Shown: positions 35,502 to 51,490 of the stretch, one piece after another
Numbering within the stretch: the first letter of the stretch is position 1
Layout: each line of letters begins with the position of its first letter
Assembly: GCA_023515725.1 (NCBI GenBank)
Contig: JALDTO010000192.1
Coordinates: 434,001 to 498,000 of the forward strand
Length of the DNA: 64,000 nucleotides
Direction: 5' to 3'
Source: Amoeboaphelidium protococcarum X5
Lineage: Eukaryota > Fungi > Aphelidiomycota
Translations under genes and position numbers: made by a program
Notes under the pieces: model-generated
What the model saw: the letters and a program-made list of their open reading frames with translations, nothing else
What the model was told of the DNA's origin: nothing
Database searches by the model: none

Positions 35502-38201
35502 ATGTAAGACTCGTATAATGAGAGTAGTGAAGAGTATGTTGATGATTCTGAGCAGTAGCAGTATGAGTTGTTGTAGTAGTAATAGTAGTAATTAGAGTAT
35601 CAAGACGTGAAATAGATTATTCATGATGAAAGTTTGCCTGCATTCAAGCCTGAAGATGTCCAGTTCTTTGGCATTCTGCTAGAAGAGAAGAATCCAGATG
35701 AAATGAGTATTGAAGAAGCTAGACGGCGTAAAGTTCTTCGCCTATTGCTGCGTATAAAGAATGGAGATTCGTAAGTTAGAAGATATTCGCAGAGATTGTT
35801 GGTTGAGAGATCTAGTGAATTAGGAGCTGAATGCATATTCGAATCTGTGCTTCCTCTGCTCATGTCGCCCACTATTGAGGATTAGGAACGTCACATCTTG
35901 GTCAAATTGATTGATAAACTTTTACTCAAATTAAAAGATCTGGTGACTCCGTACGTACCCAAGCTGCTTGTTGTCGTTGAGCCGATGCTTATGGATGAGG
36001 AGTTTATAGTGCGAGTGGAGGGACGCGAACTGATTAGCAATTTGAGTAAAGCTGTCGGATTGTCTGCAATGTTGTCCGCCATGAGGAGCGATATCGAGCA
36101 TGAGGATGATTTTGTGAGAAGTACCACGGCTAGAGCACTTAGTGTAGTGGCTAATGCCGTGGGTTTACAGTAGATTTTGCCATTTCTTAGAGCAGTATGC
36201 AATTAGAGATAGTCATGGCACGCTCGTCACACTGGAATACGCGTGGTGTAGCAGATTGCATTATTGATTAGAATGGGAGTCCTGCCATATCTTTACTAAC
36301 TTGTGGATTGTATTAGAATGGGATTCGAGGATGAGCAGTTGAAGATTCGAGTAATGACAGCTAATGCCATCTCATCACTGGCTGAATCATGTGCACCATA
36401 TGGTATTGAAGCTTTTGATCCTATTTTGAAAGCTCTGTGGGATGGTATTAGGTAGAACAGAGGTAAAGCATTGGCTGCGTTTATCAAAGCAGTGGGTAGT
36501 GTGATACCGCTTATGGATGCAGAGTACGCTGTCAAATATAGTAAGAGTATCATGCCCGTTGTCATTCGTGAGTTCTAGTCACCTGATGATGAGATGAAGA
36601 GAGTTGTGCTGCGTGTATTACGGTAGTGCTGTGCTGTCTAAGGCCTGGAATTGGAGTTTATACGTTATGAGGTGTTGCCCGAGTATTTCAGGAATTTCTG
36701 GATTAGGAAGACTGCGCTGGACAAGCGTGTTTATCGTGCTGTGGTTGAGACTACAACCGAACTTTCTCTTTGTGTTGGTCCATCCGTAATTGTGAAGGAG
36801 TTGACGCCTCTGATGAAGGATGAATCTGAGTAGTTTAGAAAGATGACGACGGAGACTATTGCTCTTGTGTTGGTTAAGAATAAAGTTAATGGTGCCGACA
36901 TGAATGAGCGTCAAGTTCAACTTCTTGTGGATGGTGCGCTCTATGTCTATCAGGAGATGACGAAGGGAGGAGACTAGCAACTTTTAAATGACATTGGTAT
37001 GATACTGAAGTCTGTGGGCAGGTAGAGTAAACCGTATCTGCCACAATTATGTTCAGCTATTCTATGGAGAATCACAAACAAGAGTGCAGATGTACGTATG
37101 TAGGCATGTGATATGATATCTCGTCTTGCGCCTGTGTTGGCGGCGTGTGAGGATGATGAGCTCCTTTTAAAGTTATTTTAGACTTTGAACGAAAGCCTCA
37201 GTGAAGACTATCCGGATGTATTAGGATCTGTGCTGTGTGCGCTGCGAGAAATTGCCTCATCTCTCGGTTACTCTAAAATTGACCCCTCTGTTAAAGACTT
37301 TCTGCCAAAGTTGACTCCGATTCTGGGTAAGAATAGACATGAGAAGGTGGCTGAATAATGTATACGGCTAGTTGGTGATATTGCAAATAGTGCACCTGAC
37401 CAGGTTAGTGCCAGAGAATGGATGCGAATATGTTTTGAGTTGATTGAATTACTCAAGGCATAGAAGAAAGTTATTAGACGCGCTGCTATCGTTACTTTTG
37501 GATATATTTCCAAGGCTATCGGTCCTCAGGATGTTCTTGCCACTCTGCTCAGTAATCTCAAGGTTCAAGAGCGTCAGTATCGAGTGTGTACTACCATAGC
37601 CATAGCGATTGTTGCCGAGACTTGTGCTCCATTCACGGTACTGCCAGCGTTAATGAATGAGTATCGCATACCGGAGATGAATGTCCAGAATGGAGTCCTC
37701 AAATCTCTGGCGTTCATGTTTGAATACATTGGTGAGGTTAGTAAGGATTATGTTTACGCAGTCACCCCGCTGCTGGAAGATGCTCTTACTGACCGAGATC
37801 TGGTGCATAGATAGACTGCGTGCACTGCCGTTCGCCACTTGGCCATAAATTGTGTTGGCTTAGATCGGGAGGATGCCCTAATGCATCTGCTTAATCACGT
37901 GTGGCCAAATATATTTGATACTGCAGCAATACACATGGTGACTGCGTGTATGGAAGCCATAGAGGCTTTATCTGTTGCACTTGGATCTGGAGTAATTCTA
38001 TACTATCTCCTGTAAGGATTATTCCATCCAGCACGGAAAGTCAGAACTGTATATTGGCGCATCTACAACATGATTTACATGCAAGGCTCTCAGTTTCTGG
38101 TACCATTTTATCCCCGCTTGGATTATAATGTCAATAATACTATCGAAAGCGTGTCTTCAATCTGCACTTACTCATGTCCAGAAATGGATTATATTCTTTG
38201 A
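35502..38201 (+). CDS. SF3B1: Splicing factor SF3B1/Hsh155 (HEAT repeats; short N-terminus, upstream exon possible)
   Basis: 'KPEDVQFFG', 'LLLRIKNG', '[13 protein letters not shown]', 'ARHTGI', '[12 protein letters not shown]', '[24 protein letters not shown]', '[12 protein letters not shown]'. Confidence 0.97.
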
Positions 38202-38276
38202 TATGATGATTAAATCTACATTGTTTCATCTATTCACTCTATCTTTATTTTACTTAAACCAAGTTCTATATTCTAT

Positions 38277-39722
38277 TCATACTTCAGCATAAGTCTTTAG
38301 GCTATTGTAGAAATTCCTCGGTACTTCAATCTCTCCAGATTAGTCTAGTAACAACTCTGACACTTTCCCATCACTTTCGAATGTATTATTATAATTATTA
38401 GCAGACAGAGAATCTGCAAATTACATAGGATAGGCTGGCGCTTCTTAAGGACGCTCAGTATTCATCTCATGTAATGTGTACTCTACTACCTGACCGTAAA
38501 TGCTATAACGATCCACCTGAGGACGATTGCGCAACTTCAATGCACGGACACCCAGAGATACAAACGATGAGAAATTACTAAATACACCTTGATCAAATGC
38601 AAAACGACATCGACGCCGCTCTTTCTACTCCTCCTTACATAGTGTAGATAGTTAAATCTACTCAAACTCAAGCTCATCTTCAACCATCATCATGCGATCA
38701 TACGTGAATCGCCCCATAATAGCCATGCGAAAATACCAGGGCCACGATGAAGGATCCTGCCTGGACATCATTTGTTCATGAGTCAATAGATTACTGGTAA
38801 TCAAATACGAATGATAACAAAATACACCCACCACCACCAGCCAGAATATGAATAGAATGAATAGAGAAACACCATTAAACACAATAACCTCGGTAATATT
38901 TACATTGCTGAATTGATACTACCGCTGCTACTGATCTATCTTCTATGGATATTGATTAGATATATACTATAAAGAGAGTATTATCATAGTAATTACGGTC
39001 ACCATAGCCACATTCTATATGCATACCCATAGGTAGAACCAAAGATGATTATTCTGTCCAATACACATACCAGTGAATTGGCAATGATGATCGAATCGTA
39101 GAACACACTACCCGCACGTATAACAATGCTTTGTCCTTATAGGTTAATTTACTTGACATAAACCACACCACCTCCTAGGGACATCCTTCCAATAACGCAA
39201 CTCTAAACAATGATTCTACTTTGAATTCAGGTCACTGATCTCAGATTACTATTTCTGATAATCACCCATGTGAACGATAGTAGACGGATTGTGGACCTCT
39301 GATTATTGCAAATTATCACTCACAACAGGACCGAGTTCAATATTACTTCTATTGCTGAGACTATCAATACAATAATCACTACTAATATCCATATTTTATT
39401 AATCTCCAAGTTAAGATAATCCATCTCGCTGAAAAGATGATGATTATGATTATAAGTGTAATCTGTGTAAAACAAGCCGGCGACAAAGAGCTTTATTGCT
39501 AGCATCAGGCTCTGGATATCCAATATAACCAGGTTGAATAATGGCAGACATCAGGTAGAATATCCAAGACATTACAAACAATATTGAGATTGCAGTTATA
39601 GATCCGATGGAACCCATCCCAGTAGCTTCCACAGGACTCAGCACAATGTTTAGAATACCAATTACATTTAGCACAACATACAAAATCCTCACAAATATCA
39701 AATGAACTTGTTTACTATGCAT
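38277..39722 (-). CDS. DHHC palmitoyltransferase
   Basis: Two N-terminal TMs, 'WCGLCQVNQPIRTKHCYTCGQCVLRFDHHCQFTGMCIGQNNH', two more TMs, then 'NLLTHE' and 'FDQG..SNF'. Confidence 0.93.
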
Positions 39723-39976
39723 ACAAATATTTCCTTATTCAATTCAATATTCTACGATAATGAAATTAAAATATCTAAAATGTAATAACAAAGTGAGAAC
39801 AACAAGGAGAGAAAATAGATCTCGTTTCATTCCTGATTCGGAAAGTTTACAAGCTGAGGCACTTCGCCTTCAGATAACGTAATGAGGCATGTTATCATTA
39901 TGAAAGGGGAAGAGGAATTGGATTAATCTCATGCATAAAGATGATACTCATACTGTACCATTTTCATTAAATATCA

Positions 39977-42709
<2,733 letters not shown>

Positions 42710-43071
42710 GACGACTAGATATATAGTGTTACAACAGCTATGGTAGAAAGATGTAGAAATGGAGAAGAGGAGAGACGCGACACGGCGACTAACTATTACC
42801 CTCTTTCTCTTTCTATCTTGTTTCATCTCTCTCCCGCCCTCATGTCGGCCGAGTGGAGCGATCTTGAACCGATTGAAACAAAACTAGCATTTCTTTATTC
42901 GGTGGAGAATCGATGAATTGAAACGCGCTCCGTACCGTGTGCCCGAGCTCTATATCTCTTGAGTGGCTATGGCTGTTCTATACAAGACTCACTGGTAGTG
43001 GAGAACCTCAAATTGAAACCGAGATTCAATCACGAAAAATTCCATGCAAATTGACCAGTTGATTAAATGAC

Positions 43072-45762
43072 TCATGATATATTCTTCTTCACTTCTTCTT
43101 TGAGATGCTTAATGACCGCGTCAAGAGCCTTCTTGCGTGATAATATGCGGTCAGCGTCCGTTTCCTTACTTGCAGCAGTTGGAGATGCAACGCCGCTGTC
43201 CGATGGAGAGGTGATGGTGGATGAATGGGTAGAGCCGGACTTTGCAGACGGCGGTGAAGTGGGTGAGGTGGTGAACTTGAAGAAGGAAGAGGCACCATTT
43301 CCGCTGGAAGCTTCGACTTACCACTGTGAACCATCTCGATACTTGACTAGCAACGATAGAGCATTTCGCGCACTTACACGTCCATAATATTTTCTTCGAG
43401 ATTTAAAATCAATAAAGTGCTCCAAATTAGAACTGATCCGCAGAAGAGAAACACTTTGTAGCAGTTCTTGAAATGGGTCCAGCAACTTTTCATCTTTCAG
43501 GTTCAGTAGAAACTTGTACAGGAACTGAATATCTACACTCATCTGGCCATCAACAAATTGCATCGATAGCTTCTTGATGTTAGGACTGAGCAGGAGCTCG
43601 AGCATCTTTTCGCCTATGCGATTAATGGCATCATAGTACATGAATGACTTGATAGTGTCCGGAAGTTCGATCAAAGTCGCAGACCACATAGTCTCAAGGA
43701 AGGACACGAGATCAGTAAGGAACTAGCTAGGCTCCATCTAATTTTACTACTAACCGGTGGGAGATACATTTTTGCTCCTAACGGGTGAATTGATCTTGGA
43801 CCTTTCACCGCCAAAATCATAATCATTCAACTCTACAAAGGAATCAATTTTAGAGTGTAATACTTCAAACAGACGTTCCTCTGCAATTTGCTTGTCTTGT
43901 GATAGTTTGCTATTGCACTGACTGATAAACTGGCTAGACTATTAATCTGCATTCAAAGTTGTAGTCTTGCCAGCCAATTTCCTGCTTTCATTACTCTTCT
44001 AAAGTAGAATATCCCAAACTTGTGGCACAAACAGAGTAAGGTGGTCCATATTGATCAAGATGCGTACAATTTCAGTTAATTAAATATTGTGCTACTTCAA
44101 CTTTGTCTGATACGCAGATACAATCTGGTCACCAATGAGACGAAAGACACCTTCTACTAACACTTTATTGATCTATTCATAGTCCTGGTAAAAGCCTTCT
44201 CCAAACTAATACACATCCTATATAAATGACCGAATCTAAGTACAGCAGCCCATAAAAGACTATGAGAATTAGACAGAGCACGGATATTTTTCAGGCTGAA
44301 GTTCAAACTGATAAACTTATTATAATCGTTCCAATGCAGATAAAGACTCAACCATAAGAGCATCACCAGCATCAGATATGATCAGTTCTTAGCAAGCCTT
44401 ACCACACTCTGCGCATTTTAAGTCACGATAGACACTAAAGAATGTCATGATGAGAGAGTACATTTGCTCGATATCAAACTTGAATCCTTGAAGAGTCGTT
44501 ATAAAGCAAATGATAATCTCTTTCACAGACATGAAATGCTGGGTATTCTAACATGACTTTAGAGCATCTGTTACAATACTCTTTAGATTGACAATAGTCG
44601 TTTACCACAACTGCATAATACTATCCTTGGTCCTGAACTGATTAGTACTCTTCACGACATGATTTTCAATTATAAAAAAGCCAGCCACTCTGTTGATAAA
44701 CTATTCAAAACTTGGAATATCTTATTCTGAACGTAAAGACTTGTCAGAGAAACTTTGTATGAGCGCCTGCAACTACTCCGATCTCAAATTAGAATACTTG
44801 AGCTTAAAAGATTATCTATCATCCATGACATCATGAATATGAAGACACTAGTATAAAGGCTTGCAGTTGACTTGAACATTCTGATTATTAAGCGGATCTA
44901 CAGCAGGTTCAGCGTTTAATATCTACTCAATAGACTGCATACTCTTCATGGAACGACTCGGCCCAATACCACCGTCACGCTGAGCACTAGCCAGACTTAA
45001 ATTGCTTTTCTTATTGCTAATAGCATCCTACTACTAAGAATCTGAATTACTTTAAGGCGTAATAAAGTCAGCATTACCCACAGAAAGTATTCCAATATCA
45101 AAACCTCGTCGGCGAGTATTACTCATGGCCACCTGACCAACTGTTGGCTATTGCTCAATGACCAATTAAGACCAGTTTTCAAACTCCTTAAGCACCTACT
45201 TCTGAATACTATTTTAAGTTAACGGTATGAATTAATCACGAATCTACAGAATAAAAGAGTAATCTTCATCCAGTAAATCATCTTGAAGGTCATTCAATTA
45301 CTTCAAAGCCGAGTAGAAATACCGTTTATCGGCAGTTGACAGCTGGTATATGCTCTGTACTTGTTACAAAATCTACTGAATCTACTTGATCTTTTAAATG
45401 CAGCCATCAATATTATCATATACAATCGCATGCTATATCAAAGAATCCTAAAGTTCGATTACATTCACACAACTATCAGACATGGTCTACTTGATGGACT
45501 CAACCTGAGACTTGAGATCCGCCACCTGAGTAGACAACATTTAATACTCAACCACACTCTTACTAAAAGATTCATAATTGTTTCTAACGCATTCATCAAC
45601 TTGAGAATCAGCTTTACTAATAACAGAGTTCAATTATTCAGACAGAGTTGATACAGATCCCGAAGACTTTAGCTATTACTTTACAAGCAAGGCAAAGCCG
45701 TCCACATCGAACACTTGGACATCACTCAGTAACTATTGCACTGCACCAACATCATTACTCAT
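43072..45762 (-). CDS. SEC15: Exocyst subunit Sec15/EXOC6
   Basis: 'VDECVRNNYESFSKSV', 'PLYQCLHIHD', 'VAGFFIIE', 'PSQFLTDLVSFL', 'FQELLQSVSLL..RRKYYGRV'. Confidence 0.88.
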
Positions 45763-46106
45763 TGTTGTTGATGATAAATTTTTAAATCACAGACTAGTAT
45801 TATTACAAGTTGCAAAACAGTACTATCTAACACTACAGAGTTGACTCTAAGAGTATGATGGAACAAGTAAAATAAAAGAGAGTGCTACAACACTGATTCT
45901 TGACAAAGGGGCGAAAGAAGAGAAAGCTAAACGACAACGCGCGCCCGTTTAAGGAGGAAACATTTGAAAGTTCGTCGAGTTGATCTCCGCTCTTTGTTGT
46001 AATCGTCCATTTTGGTTATTTTTACTCCATTTTATAGTTAGACTCAGCCGTGATTTAAAGGCGGTGTTTAGTTATTTAAATACTTCAGATTAAAATTAAT
46101 TGAATA

Positions 46107-47786
46107 ATGATGAGTGTTAAACCGTAGGTGAAGATCAATAACCTGGTGGTGTATAAAATCACACGTAGATAGTGGGCATATTTCATCACTGCGTTATTTG
46201 CAGCATTGTCATTGTAGAGATTATTGGTCTTGGTTGATTATTAAAACTATGCATCATAGACAACACGTCCAAATACTACCTGTCCTTTTGATATTAGATA
46301 GCCCACGTATGACAGATCTTTATTCATTGCGCATAGATAGAAATTGATTGATTCTCTTACCGGCGGCAATGCTAGTAATCACAGCATCAATAGCGTCAAT
46401 CAAAGTCTTCCATTTAATGTAGTGGTGTTTGGCAGGAGATCATCAATTAATAATGATGGAGTCGATTTTAAATAGGATCCAAATTTCTATTATCTGACTG
46501 GTGTGAATTATCCTTCATCTGTGCTTGTTATTTAGGATTTTGGTGTGTATAATGGTAGTCGCTTGTCTTTCAGTAGATTGTATCTGCAGTATCGCGATAT
46601 TGCTTTTGAAGGTGCTTACCCGGTAGAATAGATTATGGTTGAGAGTGGTATTGATGCTGTTTAGATACTAAACTCTACAGAATCTGTGAACTATGATGCG
46701 ATTATTATGGGTAATAGTTCTGTATTGTACACTAATAATGGTGTCAGTATACGTGATATTCCAGCTAGTGTGACGCTGGATGTGGGTAAATTGAAAGATA
46801 CCATGTCTCAGCTGAGAAGGCAGAAGGATTCAGTTGAGTTGGAGCTAATCAGGTATGCCACTCAAGTTGCATCTTACTCGCACTTGCATCTGATGCAGCT
46901 CATGGCTCAGCGTTCCGTGGTTAAGAGTGAATACTCTCTACTCTCTTAATTTAAGCATGATACGTTCATTTGTGGCTGCAGAGTGCAAGCGTATGATCCT
47001 ATTGTGGCTGCGAATGATCACGCTGCTGTTTTGCATTATCAAGGATTTGATGAGACTGCCGGTAATGCTTTACTTCGTTCAACTGCTAGTTTATTTCGTA
47101 GATCATATCGTTTTATTTCGGATTAAAATAATTACCGGCCTACATCTGAGGGATTCTTGTTGGTTGATGCTAGTGGCTCTTACCGCAATTACGCGTCCGA
47201 TGTTACTCGTACAATACCGCTGGGGCTGGAGTTTTCAGAAATTGAAAAGTTAATTTATGAGATTGTTTACCAGGCTAATACTGAGTGTATTGCAATGTTG
47301 AAAGCTGGAGTCAAGTGGTCGGATGTTGCCGCGCATGCTGACAAAGTGTTATTGAGGGGATTGTTGCGCATGAATCTCATCAGGTTTCCATCCAAGCAGA
47401 ATTATTCGTTCTAATAGTTGATATAGTACAAAGTCGCCCGTGCTTTTATGCCGCATGGTCTTGGACATACTGTTGGCTTGGATGTACATGATGTTCAACC
47501 TTCGCCTAATGATCTTGTCCTGTTGGAACATGATGTCGTGACCATTGAACCTGGCCTCTATTTTAATGCTGAAGTATTGAATAGAGTCAAATCTGGCAAT
47601 TTTGAAAAGGTTGAACTGCAGGCTAAGGAATACATCAATTGGGCATTGGTTGATCAGTTTGTCAACCGTAAACTTGGTGGAGTCAGAATCGAAGACGTCG
47701 TACTGATCACAGCTGATGGCCATGAAGTGTTTTCTAATGACGCTCCCAAGGCATTGCATGACATTTAACGTATATTAAAGTAATGA
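46107..47786 (+). CDS. M24B Xaa-Pro dipeptidase/aminopeptidase P with N-terminal hydrophobic anchor
   Basis: 'FKQDPNFYYLTG', 'AVLHY', 'LVDASG..YASDVTRT', 'MPHGLGHTVGLDVHD', 'TIEPGLYF', 'GGVRIEDVV'. TGA 47784-47786. Confidence 0.92.
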
Positions 47787-47933
47787 GTAATTACACTGAT
47801 ATGAATTTGATTTTATGCGACGTGATTTTTATATCTATCCTAGTTTCTTGGTCACTGTTTTATTACTCAAAGGTTTTTCTTGTTTGAAGACACAGAGACA
47901 ACACGCGCGTTTGAACTAAAGCAGTACAAAAAG

Positions 47934-48469
47934 ATGATGATGATGAATGAAGAGGAAGAAGTGTGGAATCTTGAGAATTAAGATGTTGCTGAATGGAAGG
48001 ATGAGTGGGAGCAGGAATTGATTCTCTCTACTGAAAAAGATGTTCAAAAGTAAGAGTGTGTCTTGTATCATTCTTCTCATGCATTCCGTCCTCATGTATG
48101 CAGAGTGACTGAATGGAAAGACGCCCAATAGATGCTTCTCTCCAAGTTTTTCGATGTAAGACTTCATTAATTAATTTAATAGCTCTATTAAATAGTGCTC
48201 AAAATTGTGTTGTAGACAATGGAAAAGATTGAACCTGTTTTGAAGACTCAGAGCCTTATGCTGAAAGTACTTGGAATTTCGGACTTGATTCGAGACCAAG
48301 AAAAGTAAGTACCTAGTGATGGTGGTTGATAATCTATGAATTATAATGTCATTCTTATAGCTATCCGTGGACTTATTAACGAGTGGTTGAACTGATTTTA
48401 GACCCAAGATAGAACTACGATGATGTGAACAAGTACTTGAACGCGTTAGAAAAGGTATATCTTAGTTGA
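47934..48469 (+). CDS. PPP4R2: PP4 regulatory subunit 2-like protein (core domain only); introns 48156-48215 and 48305-48360
   Basis: After splicing: 'YPWTYQRVVELILDPRQNYDDVNKYLNALEK', matching the PPP4R2 motif PFTIQRLCELL..P...Y....K...LEK. Confidence 0.72.
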
Positions 48470-49032
48470 TCACGACATCCGGGATCTTACCATGATGCTT
48501 TGGTGTAGACGCTGAATAATATTTCTAGCGATACTTTTTTCTTATGAAAATGAAATGTTGTTGTATATAATTATGTTCATGATTAAACGCGTATTATCTT
48601 CACACATCTGTGTTAAGAGTCTTTGTCTCTTTCTCTGCATCTTGTTCCTGATTTCATTAGGATTTTCACGCTCGTACCAATCAGGGGCACCTATGCAGAA
48701 ACCTTTGAAAGCCCGACGGCCCATATTGATTTCGTCTTGTTGCGTTTCAACAGTGTCAAGTAACTAGAATGTAGTGTTGCTGAAGAGTTATTGCAGTTTC
48801 GAAAATATAGATGTATGTAAAATAGTCTGATCTATCAAGTGGAACTTGTGGAGTGAAAAATTCTCAGATTGTTTATCATATCAATCCTTGGGTTGACAAC
48901 CTTCAATATGGTCAATACGGTATTCAATAATTTGATATAAAAGCTCCTAATATTCAGTACACTTCTTCTTCTATAAACTAAATTTCAATTCAACTTTTAT
49001 TAACAACTCAAGGCAGGTATAATATCATAAAA

Positions 49033-49268
49033 ATGGGAGCTAGTAAGTAAAGCATATATTCCGCCAGTAAATGCATAATCAAACGTGTGTAGTGCTTAGC
49101 ACAACAAGTGGAGACTATCAAAATAAGATAGAAGAAGAGGAATTTACTGAACAATTTATGGGCACGAACATAGTACACTGCATGGCTGGAACGAGAAACA
49201 AGACGTGTCCAATAATGGGAGATGATTTTGCTTGCGACTCTATCTGCGAAACATTAGAAACAAGTTGA
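49033..49268 (+). CDS. Putative 61-aa micro-protein with N-myristoylation motif; intron 49043-49092
   Basis: ATG GGA GCT A|gtaagt...tgtag|TG CTT AGC gives MGAMLSTTSG..., four Cys, TGA 49266-49268. Confidence 0.45.
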
Positions 49269-49877
49269 TGATTGATTGATCGTATCTATTCTTCTGCATT
49301 TAAATTCATTCAACGCTAAAATTTAATTTAATTATTTAATGAATACATTATAGAATATTATATGCTGCTATTTACAATTAACATTTCACGATTTATCGTT
49401 TAAGTACTTGTACAATACGCGTCAACCATCACTGCTACAGATCATATCACTTTCGCTAAAAACGCGAATCCCCTCGTAGATGACGCGTCAAAACGACAGT
49501 ACTTTTAAAGGATTTAATATAAAAGGTTTAGTAGAAGGTGATCATCATTCAAATTAGATGAGCTAATTACTAACTGAGTGTAAAGAGAATGTATGAGCTT
49601 TTCAAAACAACCTCACTATGGGTGGAGAGAGGAGGCTCTGTAAAAGTCACGTTATATCAGCAATGTTTACAACAATCTCCACCAGAGTTAGAAGACTGTT
49701 GATAGTAATTGCTAATCTATAAACATATGGTGACAATTTAATACTACAAAATAGTAATTAATCGCCTGTAAAATGCGTTATACAATGCAATGCTCAATGA
49801 AAACCAATTTGTTCAAAATAGCATCAAGCTTGTAAAAATGAGAAAAGGGACTCAACTTCTATCAGCTCTGCACTTAT

Positions 49878-51284
49878 TCAACTATACTTCAAGCGGTGCC
49901 TTGTCACGAAATAGGAGGCGAGACTAGCTATCAGTGGAGTGACTAAAATTATAGCGCACACTCCATAAAATATATCATTAGCATTTGCTCGCTCAGAAGG
50001 ACGATCTTGATTAGTCAGTGTACCCTGAACCGATGTACTCTATGTCCTAGAAGATGATCTACTTAAAGGCGGTGGAGGTGGACGGATTGTTACTTGAGTG
50101 GGCGCAGAAGTTGTCGCTCTCATGGTCGTTGTAGTTGTTGACGATTTCCTTGATGCCATAGATTGAGGAGAGATTGTTTCATTTACACTAGCAAACGATA
50201 TAATTCCATTGTAAGAGGCAAACAGTCTGTTGGAGATTTTATCGTATGCCACACTCCCTGGTGCCAGGTTGAGTAGGGGATTTAAGTAAAATTATATCTG
50301 TCCATTTTGATCAATTGCAACAAATTGCCCATTTTAGGCCACTATAAATATGTACGGATAATCGTTAGAATAATACATCAGACTTGAAGAAGAGAAATCC
50401 AGCAGTGGTATACTTTTAATTGAAACTAGGCCCAAATTGTCATTTACAATCAGCACGCCAGAATTATCCGCTAGGTAAACCATGTGTCCATTAGGACCGC
50501 AAACTAATTAAATAGGATATGGTAGTGGTTAGCCTACAGTACCATCTCGCACAATTGTTCCATTAGTTAAGAGCTGCAGATATGATATTTATGAAGTTGC
50601 CAATGAGCCTTATGAAGTACTCTACTCACCAGACAAAGGCCAAATCACACTGAACTTATCCTATGGTTTACTAAATCCCAGCAGTGGCTATGCAAGAAAA
50701 AGACTGACCGGAATTTATAGCATATAAGTCAAAACAGATCTTGTGGTTCCATTCACTGTTATGGCCATGATATTAATTTCGTAGCTAGTCATAGTTTACT
50801 CGAAATTTGGGCCCATGTTAACATTGTACATGAAATAATAACTTCCATTCACCCCAACATAAGAATTAGACCAGATAGTATTATCTCTTCCATAGAATGA
50901 ACAATTGAGTAATTACCCAGATGAAATATTGTACTGATTAAGAAACATGTTACTTACCCCGATGATAGAGTTGTTACCAAAACTCGCATATGTGGTACCT
51001 GCCAGAAATACAGCACCAGTGCCCTCAGATAGCGACAACTTCTTCAACGAGAGCATAGATGTCTGACTGACATTAAGAGTACTCGAGTATTATAAAATTC
51101 CATTGCCAGAGTATTTATTCAAATAAAGATGAGTCTCGTTAACTGTGGCCGCATACAGATTGCCATCTGAATCAATATTCAACAACACCAATTAGGATGA
51201 AGTCTACAGAGACAGCGGGAATCCTGCATAAATCAAGAATATCCAGCAACTAAGTGCTACAAAAATTAGATAAATTTTATTCAT
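49878..51284 (-). CDS. Type I membrane beta-propeller + short S/T/P stalk surface protein (468 aa)
   Basis: Signal MNKIYLIFVALSCWIFLIYA. 'IDSDGNLYAA' and 'AYDKISNRLFA' blades. TM IFYGVCAIILVTPLIASLASYFV. Confidence 0.82.
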
Positions 51285-51490
51285 TCACTCACCAATGTTT
51301 TGTGAAGTGAAGAGTGATAACTAAAGGAGTTGAAACAATGCAAATGAACGTCCGTTTGATCGGTCGTCGTCAAGAATTTGCGCGATTCATCATACGGTGG
51401 TTTCCGTCAACTGCACCTGATTGAGGTAGTATACATGGGAAATAGAATATATAAAATTAATAAAGTTAATTGCATTCATTTATTCGCCCA

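Noticed and set aside
48480-48900. Minus-strand ORF containing GRRAFKGF (MPP6-like word)
   Set aside because: An upstream in-frame TGA and no clear start or splice model. Similarity is too short to call.
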